From contig JAHPZI010000028.1 of NCBI GenBank assembly GCA_019058295.1, positions 1 to 64,000 of the forward strand: a DNA stretch of 64,000 nt, in the 5' to 3' direction. This document shows positions 57,774-64,000 of the stretch, in pieces; the first letter of the stretch is position 1, and each line of letters opens with the position of its first letter. Under the pieces are notes generated by a model. That model did no database searches. It saw only the letters and a program-made list of their open reading frames with translations, and was not told the DNA's origin. The DNA comes from Promethearchaeota archaeon (GTDB lineage: Archaea > Asgardarchaeota > Lokiarchaeia > Sigyniarchaeales > SOKP01). A program made the position numbers and the translations under genes.

Positions 57774-59039
57774 TTAATCAGATTCAGTGGCATCTAAATC
57801 CTTAGGTAAGGTATTTAATAAGATAAATACAAATAGAGAACTAATAAGCGCCATTATTGATAAGATTACATAACCCGGTCTATAAAGATTGCCATAACCT
57901 AAGAAAAGAAATGCTAAAAGTAAGATGCTCAAACTTCGACCAAAAGTATAAGCTAAAAAATTGAGAGAATAAATCGTCGATCGTATTTGTGGAGGGCCTA
58001 TATCTCCTAGAGTTGCTTGCGTAAGTGGATCAATACCTCCAAAAAAGAAGGCACCTATTAAGATAAATATAAAGAAAATAATCAGCATAATTAAATTATT
58101 AGATGAGAATATTAAGCAAAATCCAATAATATACGATATTGATCCTATTACTAAACAGATAAGTACATATTTTAATCTTCCATTCTTATCAGTTTTAATT
58201 TTTTTATCAGCTAAATCCCCTATTATAGGCCCGCTTATCATTTGACTACCGAAAACAACAATTAGAAAGAAGGTTGCTATGCTTGAACTAAAATGATAAT
58301 CATTTTTTAACATTGAAATAAAATTCGATGATATTGCCCCAATAGCTAGAAACATAACGAAATTAAAAATTAATATCCAAAAAATTGTCTTTATCTGCCA
58401 AATTTTCTTGAAATCTTTTATTTTTATTTTAAAACTTAGTCCCAGAACACTCTCATCGTCCATCTCTGATGATATCTCCATTTCACCTCTGGTAGGCTCC
58501 TTCATGAAAAATAAAAATATCGTACAAAAAATCCCACATATAGAAATTATGATAAATGGCAATATCCAAGAAAAATAATCAATTAAAAATCCTGAAAGCA
58601 TATGACCTAAACCATTACCTAAAACATAAGCGGCACTTAAAGTACCAAAAGATTTTCCTCTTTTTTCTGCCTCGATTGAATCTACCAGTAAAGAAAATAT
58701 TAACGGTAATGCTGAACCAAAACCAATTGCAGCAAATATTTGAAAGAACAATAACGAATAAAAATCTGTTGCAAAAATAGTAAGAAATGAAAAAAATGAC
58801 CATATGAATGTTCCAATGATTAGCATTATTTTGCGTGAAAATTTATCACCTAAGATTGCCCATACTATTGAACTACATGCCCCAACAAACAAAAACATTG
58901 AATTTATTATCTGGACTTGAGCTTCACTCTCTAAATTTAAGGCTATAGCAACTTCCTTAGCCATCGGCATTATAATGCTAATTAATGCTGAAGAAAAAAG
59001 TGTTAGTAATATAAGTATGATAAAAGATTGATGTTTCAT
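57774..59039 (-). CDS. MFS transporter
   Basis: 12 TM; motif A LGDKFSRK; EKRG; EP.RG; GDLADK. Confidence 0.9.
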   Translation of the reverse strand: MKHQSFIILILLTLFSSALISIIMPMAKEVAIALNLESEAQVQIINSMFLFVGACSSIVWAILGDKFSRKIMLIIGTFIWSFFSFLTIFATDFYSLLFFQIFAAIGFGSALPLIFSLLVDSIEAEKRGKSFGTLSAAYVLGNGLGHMLSGFLIDYFSWILPFIIISICGIFCTIFLFFMKEPTRGEMEISSEMDDESVLGLSFKIKIKDFKKIWQIKTIFWILIFNFVMFLAIGAISSNFISMLKNDYHFSSSIATFFLIVVFGSQMISGPIIGDLADKKIKTDKNGRLKYVLICLVIGSISYIIGFCLIFSSNNLIMLIIFFIFILIGAFFFGGIDPLTQATLGDIGPPQIRSTIYSLNFLAYTFGRSLSILLLAFLFLGYGNLYRPGYVILSIMALISSLFVFILLNTLPKDLDATESD

Positions 59040-59328
59040 GAGAAAAGCGTATATTTTATTCAGTTTACTTTAATGGTTTGGATATTAAGATGGTAAAATA
59101 AATAAAAATCTTTCTAATAAGATTTAATTATTCTTTTTCAAAGTATCCTAAAAACTACATAAAGAAATAAAAAAAGTTGGAATTATAGGATTTAATTTCT
59201 TATTATGAAATTAATTAATAATTTCTATTCCATTAGAAGAATTAGTTTTAAAAACGATTATATTTTAATTAATGATAAAAAGTTATTTTCAGTTTTATTT
59301 ACAAATAAAATTTGATGAGATTTACTAT

Positions 59329-62300
59329 ATGAAATTCTTAAAAAATAAAAGATTTTTAGCACTATTTATTATCTCTTCCATGATATTATCTTTTATGTGT
59401 GCTTTCATTGGAGATATTAATCATACTAATCTTTCTGGGAAAGAAACTCAGAATGATCCATTGAGAGATAATGAATATGGCGAAACATTGAAATTATCTG
59501 CTAATGTTGTGTCTCAATTTGATAGTCGAGGAAAAGTTTTTAGTTCAGGAACTTTTTCAAGTCAGAATTGCTATATCAATAACGAGCAACCAGCTTTGAA
59601 TATTCGACCAAGTATTTACGAACCTAATTTCTATATGTCGTATGCCTTAATGAACATTAATAATTTAGAGGCTGTAAATTATACCAAAGAAATTGAATCT
59701 TCTTTTACTGAATTTATTGAGAATGATAAAAATGAGGAAATGTACGTATTTCAAAAATTTGCAATCCAAATAAGTCAATATATCAATAATGTTAGTATAT
59801 TAATCCGTGATGAATATCAAGGGCATCTTGATACCCCTCCCGAAGCGATATATACATATACAAATCAATGGGAGGTAGCTATAGTAAACTGTTCGGATGA
59901 TGGATATAAAACACCAAATCACGATACCACGTTAGGTTCTTTGAGAATAAAACATGAGGATACTGTTGAACTTCATTGGGAAGTTTTTAACTTCAAAAAT
60001 GAAGGCGATGGTCCCATATTTCTTAATATAAATAAGACAGCTTCAACTAAGGTAAATGAAATAGAAAAGTATTGGTTTGCCTTAAGAATAAGAATTCCTC
60101 CCAATGATGAAAGTCAAGGGGGTGGTATTAAGAAACTTTCTTTTAATCCAGATGGAGGGGATTCTAATTTTAGAGGGGAAGGTGATATCTTTCAATATGG
60201 TGGATATACTATTATCAATAAGACTATGAATGATGTTGTCGAAAATAAAACAATTGTAGGGCAAAATATTGATGGCAATATAACTTCCTTTAGAAATATA
60301 GACAATGATCGATATATCGCTCAAAATGATACTTCAAATAATTTAACAATACAAATAACTTATGACCTAGCAAATTTATCACTCTTATTTGGAAATGAAG
60401 ATTTGAAAAGGCCACTAACTTATGGGGAAATATTATGGGCATATACCTTTAATTTTTTTGGTTTTCAAGATCTTTGGTACTATTCACATTTCATTTTTCT
60501 CTATAGTATTAATTTTACGATTGCAACAAATATAAGTGATACTGATATTATAAGAAATGCAGATCTTTATGCTTATAGTAGAACAGAATCTAAATGGGTG
60601 AATATATCAAAATTTGTTAATCTAAATACTGATAATGAGACTTTACAATCTTACTTAATAAGAGATCCCGATGAAAAAATCGAATTTTTAAGATTATTAA
60701 ATCATCCTTGGTTTCCTCAGGGTAATCCAAATAATACTCTCGTTTTCAGGCTCGTATACAATGGTACAGGTACAAGTAATTATAATGTTTCAATTAATAA
60801 ATTTACTGTGGAAATTGGCGAGTATGATATAAAAGAAGGAGTTCACGCAAGTGAACCGATAATAGTTGATGACTATTATGCAAATAAGGTAAACGTTGAT
60901 AATGGTACGGTAATTACTCCTCAAGATGAGGTAATTAGTACCTTAAAATACAATGATAATGAATTTTTTAAAGCTCAAGCTGATACAGATAATCTTACTA
61001 TAATTTTCGAACTTGAAGTATTAAAGGATTTAGATAGTTCACTATGGGATATCGATCTTTATGATTGGATATTAGTTTCTCCAAACCCTATCGTACCTAA
61101 GATGGAGTTCATTGTAAGTTCTAATACTAGTATTAAGGATACAAAATATATTAGTTTAGCAACGCTAGAAATTTATAAGGGGAATAAAACTTCAGAATAT
61201 CTATCACCTGAACAAAATAAGCAAGAATGGGTTATGATTAGTGAAACTAATAGAACTTTTGCTAATTCGGTTAAAAGTAGAAATGTGACAACTCAAGATG
61301 AAGGTTTTACATGGTTATTTTTAAATTTTTTAAATGATAGTGATAGAAGGGTATTTTTGCGTTTAAGATTTGAAACAAATACTACACTCTTCTCTGGTTT
61401 TAACGTATCTATTGATCAATTCAAAGTTAATATTGATGTTAAATATTTTTCTGATATTTCTTCTTCAATAGGTTTTGGTATTAATAGTGCTACTTTAAAA
61501 CCTGAGGATATCCAAATGCAGATCTTTGAAAAAAATGTTATTAATAGAGGTAATCAAAAGGGTTCTTGGTCTGCATATTTAGAAAATTTCGAACCTATAA
61601 AAGGGACTTTCATTTTTGATATAACTTCCAATTGGTATGCGATTAAGTTCGATGTGTCAGGTAGTTATACTATTTATAAATATGCAGTTGATCTTGACTT
61701 TATTGACGATTTAGATACACAATATATGATAGGAACAGAACATTTTACAGTAGAAGCTACAGATGGTCTCGGAAATCCGATATCTGGTCTTGATATAATT
61801 TTTGAGCTTTTAGATGCAGATGAAAAAGTAGTAGATAAAGATATATCTACTACTGATTCAGATGGAGAAGCTACTGGTTCCTTAGAATTCGATGAGGTTG
61901 GAGATAGTTTTAAAATAAGGGTAACTTATGAAGAAGCAGGGATTTATGCGAGTGAAGATATTGAATCAGATGAATTCCGGATTGTAGATGAATTTACAAT
62001 ATTTATGGATAATTTTCTCTTTTTACTCCCGTATATTTTGATTGGTTTAGCTGCCCTATTCACTTTTATTGCTCTCCGGCATCGGAAGTTAAGCAAATTA
62101 CGCGAATATTGGGCGGGAGAAGCCATAGTTTTGGACGATTTGTCAAAAATCTCTTACATCATGGTCATTCATAAAGATGCAGGACTAACTCTTTATTCTA
62201 AGAAAATTTCTATGGAACTCGATTCGGACTTAATAGGTGGATTTATAACTGCAATTTCACAATTTAAGAGCGAAATTAAAAAACCTGTCGATGAATTTGA

Positions 62301-62769
62301 TATAAGTAAAGGATTTGAGATGGATTATCACGACTTTAAAATTGATATGGTGGATGGCAAATATATTCGAACTGCGTTAATTTTAGAAGGAATTCCATCC
62401 AAACAATTAAAAAAAAATCAGGAAATGTTTACAAATAGTTTTGAAACAAAATTTAGCTCATTATTAGTGGATTTTACCGGAGATGTCAAGCCATTAAAAG
62501 AAACTGACGATTTAATTGAGGAATTTTTCAATATTTCTTTAATGTATCCGTTTCAATTAAGTTCGAATTGGAAAGCTGCTAAATTGAAGAAATTAGAGAA
62601 TGCGTTATTAGAAGTTGCCGAACAGATGCAAAAAGAGAGAAAATACTTCTTTATTTCCAGTTTATTGAATTATGGACTAGCTGGACGAAAAGAATCAAAA
62701 AATCAAATAATAAGTACTTTAATTGATCTCAAGCGGAAAAATTTGCTTGTTCCAGTTAAAATTGATTAA
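59329..62769 (+). CDS. large single-pass surface protein with cytoplasmic longin-like domain
   Basis: Signal-like MKFLKNKRFLALF (ORF track starts 59272); ~880-aa Asn-rich ectodomain with Ig-like end; TM; IMVIHKDAGLTLYS...DSDLIGGFITAISQF. Confidence 0.8.
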   Translation: MKFLKNKRFLALFIISSMILSFMCAFIGDINHTNLSGKETQNDPLRDNEYGETLKLSANVVSQFDSRGKVFSSGTFSSQNCYINNEQPALNIRPSIYEPNFYMSYALMNINNLEAVNYTKEIESSFTEFIENDKNEEMYVFQKFAIQISQYINNVSILIRDEYQGHLDTPPEAIYTYTNQWEVAIVNCSDDGYKTPNHDTTLGSLRIKHEDTVELHWEVFNFKNEGDGPIFLNINKTASTKVNEIEKYWFALRIRIPPNDESQGGGIKKLSFNPDGGDSNFRGEGDIFQYGGYTIINKTMNDVVENKTIVGQNIDGNITSFRNIDNDRYIAQNDTSNNLTIQITYDLANLSLLFGNEDLKRPLTYGEILWAYTFNFFGFQDLWYYSHFIFLYSINFTIATNISDTDIIRNADLYAYSRTESKWVNISKFVNLNTDNETLQSYLIRDPDEKIEFLRLLNHPWFPQGNPNNTLVFRLVYNGTGTSNYNVSINKFTVEIGEYDIKEGVHASEPIIVDDYYANKVNVDNGTVITPQDEVISTLKYNDNEFFKAQADTDNLTIIFELEVLKDLDSSLWDIDLYDWILVSPNPIVPKMEFIVSSNTSIKDTKYISLATLEIYKGNKTSEYLSPEQNKQEWVMISETNRTFANSVKSRNVTTQDEGFTWLFLNFLNDSDRRVFLRLRFETNTTLFSGFNVSIDQFKVNIDVKYFSDISSSIGFGINSATLKPEDIQMQIFEKNVINRGNQKGSWSAYLENFEPIKGTFIFDITSNWYAIKFDVSGSYTIYKYAVDLDFIDDLDTQYMIGTEHFTVEATDGLGNPISGLDIIFELLDADEKVVDKDISTTDSDGEATGSLEFDEVGDSFKIRVTYEEAGIYASEDIESDEFRIVDEFTIFMDNFLFLLPYILIGLAALFTFIALRHRKLSKLREYWAGEAIVLDDLSKISYIMVIHKDAGLTLYSKKISMELDSDLIGGFITAISQFKSEIKKPVDEFDISKGFEMDYHDFKIDMVDGKYIRTALILEGIPSKQLKKNQEMFTNSFETKFSSLLVDFTGDVKPLKETDDLIEEFFNISLMYPFQLSSNWKAAKLKKLENALLEVAEQMQKERKYFFISSLLNYGLAGRKESKNQIISTLIDLKRKNLLVPVKID

Positions 62770-63080
62770 TATTTTCTTTATTTTCTTCTTTATATTAATT
62801 ATGGCTGATAAAAAAAGGAAATTTTGGACAGTTGGACAAATAGATGCTACTGGGGTAAGAGGCCCTCATGAAAAAGAACTTGAAGATATTAGCAATGCTA
62901 AGAGTTCTCTCTTCATCGACATAGATATGAATATAATCATTAAAATATATCAAATAAATAATTATATTAGAATATAATACTAGTTTATTAAAGTAAAAAA
63001 TATTGGACTATAGAAAAAATATATTCAAATATTTATTTTAGTATCGCAAATATATTTAATAAAAATTAGGAGAACGGAAA

Positions 63081-64000
63081 ATGATAACTTTAAAAAAAAA
63101 AACATTTTTCTTGCTTTTTTTTATAATATGCATGAATATTTCTATTTTCGTTGTTTCTTCCAACGAAAATCCTTTAGCTAATCAAGAAGATAATGACTTA
63201 AAATCTTTAAAAACTTCTGGTATAGAAAGTGGAGGAAAGCTATACACTCAAGAAAAGGTTCAAATCCAAAATTGTTATATTAATAATAAAGAACCCGGAC
63301 TAAATCGATTACCAAATATTTTCATTAAGAATAGCTTTCTTTCAAATGCTCATATATCTTTTGATAATATAATAGCCCATAACTTTACATACGATCTTGA
63401 ACCTGAATATACAGCAACATTTAAAACCAGATCGTATTCAGAACCTACATATATCTATCAAAAATTTTGGGTAGAAAGGAGCCAATATATTAACAACATT
63501 AGTATTTATATCCTTGATGAAATCAATGAAAATGATTATAATGAGCAAAATTCATGGGAAGTTGCTATAGTGAATTGTTCAAATGATTTATATGGAACAC
63601 CCAATGACACAATTCAAGCACCTTTAGTAAACCCTCATCCCCGGAATGCTATTCCCCATTGGGAACATTTTGATTTTTTAAACTCTGAAGTTGGACCAAT
63701 ATATCTAGATATAAATAATACATACTTCACAATAGAAAATGGATTTATTAAATATTGGTTTGCAATCAGAATAAAAATGCCTCCGAATGATTTTTGGTTA
63801 GGAGGAGGTGATAAATATCTTTTTTTTAAACCAGATGGTGATGATCCTAATGATATTGGAGCGGGGGAAACATTTGCTCAGGGTCAATTTGGTTATGGTT
63901 CTCATCGCAAGCAATTTTCTCAAACCAATGTAAGTAGCATTAATATTATAAATGGCACAAAAAAACTTGGGGGAATCCCTTCATTCGCATTTTTTGACAA
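63081..64000 (+). CDS. 5' part of a paralog of the 59329-62769 surface protein (truncated by window edge)
   Basis: ATG at 63081 after AGGAG; shares CYINN.EP, YQKF...SQYINN.SI, WEVAIVNCS, HWE.F.F, KYWFA.RI..PPND with the upstream protein; not in ORF track. Confidence 0.88.
   Translation, partial: MITLKKKTFFLLFFIICMNISIFVVSSNENPLANQEDNDLKSLKTSGIESGGKLYTQEKVQIQNCYINNKEPGLNRLPNIFIKNSFLSNAHISFDNIIAHNFTYDLEPEYTATFKTRSYSEPTYIYQKFWVERSQYINNISIYILDEINENDYNEQNSWEVAIVNCSNDLYGTPNDTIQAPLVNPHPRNAIPHWEHFDFLNSEVGPIYLDINNTYFTIENGFIKYWFAIRIKMPPNDFWLGGGDKYLFFKPDGDDPNDIGAGETFAQGQFGYGSHRKQFSQTNVSSINIINGTKKLGGIPSFAFFD

Noticed and set aside
3640-62126. Numerous 60-145 aa ORFs antisense to or nested in long genes (e.g. 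3640-3834, 13592-13885, 27923-28357, 28460-28864, 57232-57609)
   Set aside because: They are shadows of well-supported genes, with Ser/Ile/Phe-rich antisense composition and no motifs.
62723-62977. 84-aa ORF (or 58 aa from ATG 62801) between the two surface-protein genes
   Set aside because: No motif or SD, and the end degrades into AT-rich sequence. It could be a remnant but cannot be supported.
1-64000. CRISPR arrays, IS elements, integrases, rRNA
   Set aside because: No regularly spaced repeats, transposase or integrase motifs, or long GC-rich RNA segments were seen.

Overview
AT-rich archaeal chromosomal window, most likely Asgard (Lokiarchaeia/Promethearchaeota). This is inferred from two gelsolin-like genes, a Roadblock-small GTPase fusion, four membrane proteins ending in a longin-like domain, NreA, archaeal lipid enzymes and GAGGTGA ribosome-binding sites. 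About 50 CDSs and one tRNA-Leu(CAG) are supported; no CRISPR array, rRNA or mobile element was seen. The most interesting signals lie outside the ORF track. (1) A hypothetical gene (11862-12791, minus) extends through an in-frame TGA to an SD-preceded ATA start and has a eukaryote-type SECIS-like hairpin just after its stop, so it is a candidate new selenoprotein. (2) An 18-codon leader peptide with 10 Ile codons, followed by a 14-bp inverted repeat and U-tracts, lies directly upstream of citramalate synthase and suggests ribosome-mediated attenuation in an archaeon. (3) A MoxR AAA+ gene ends in G_GAU_UUU_UAG over the start of a start-less vWA frame, a candidate -1 programmed frameshift. (4) An operon of Cys-less sulfite-oxidase-fold surface proteins, a DOMON/EB_dh-like protein and a complete ECF transporter has a ModE-box-like operator and converges on DUF364 and an aldehyde:ferredoxin oxidoreductase, a candidate pterin or Mo/W-cofactor uptake system. 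Several genes appear to start at ATA/ATT. All calls come from reading motifs by eye; no searches were run.
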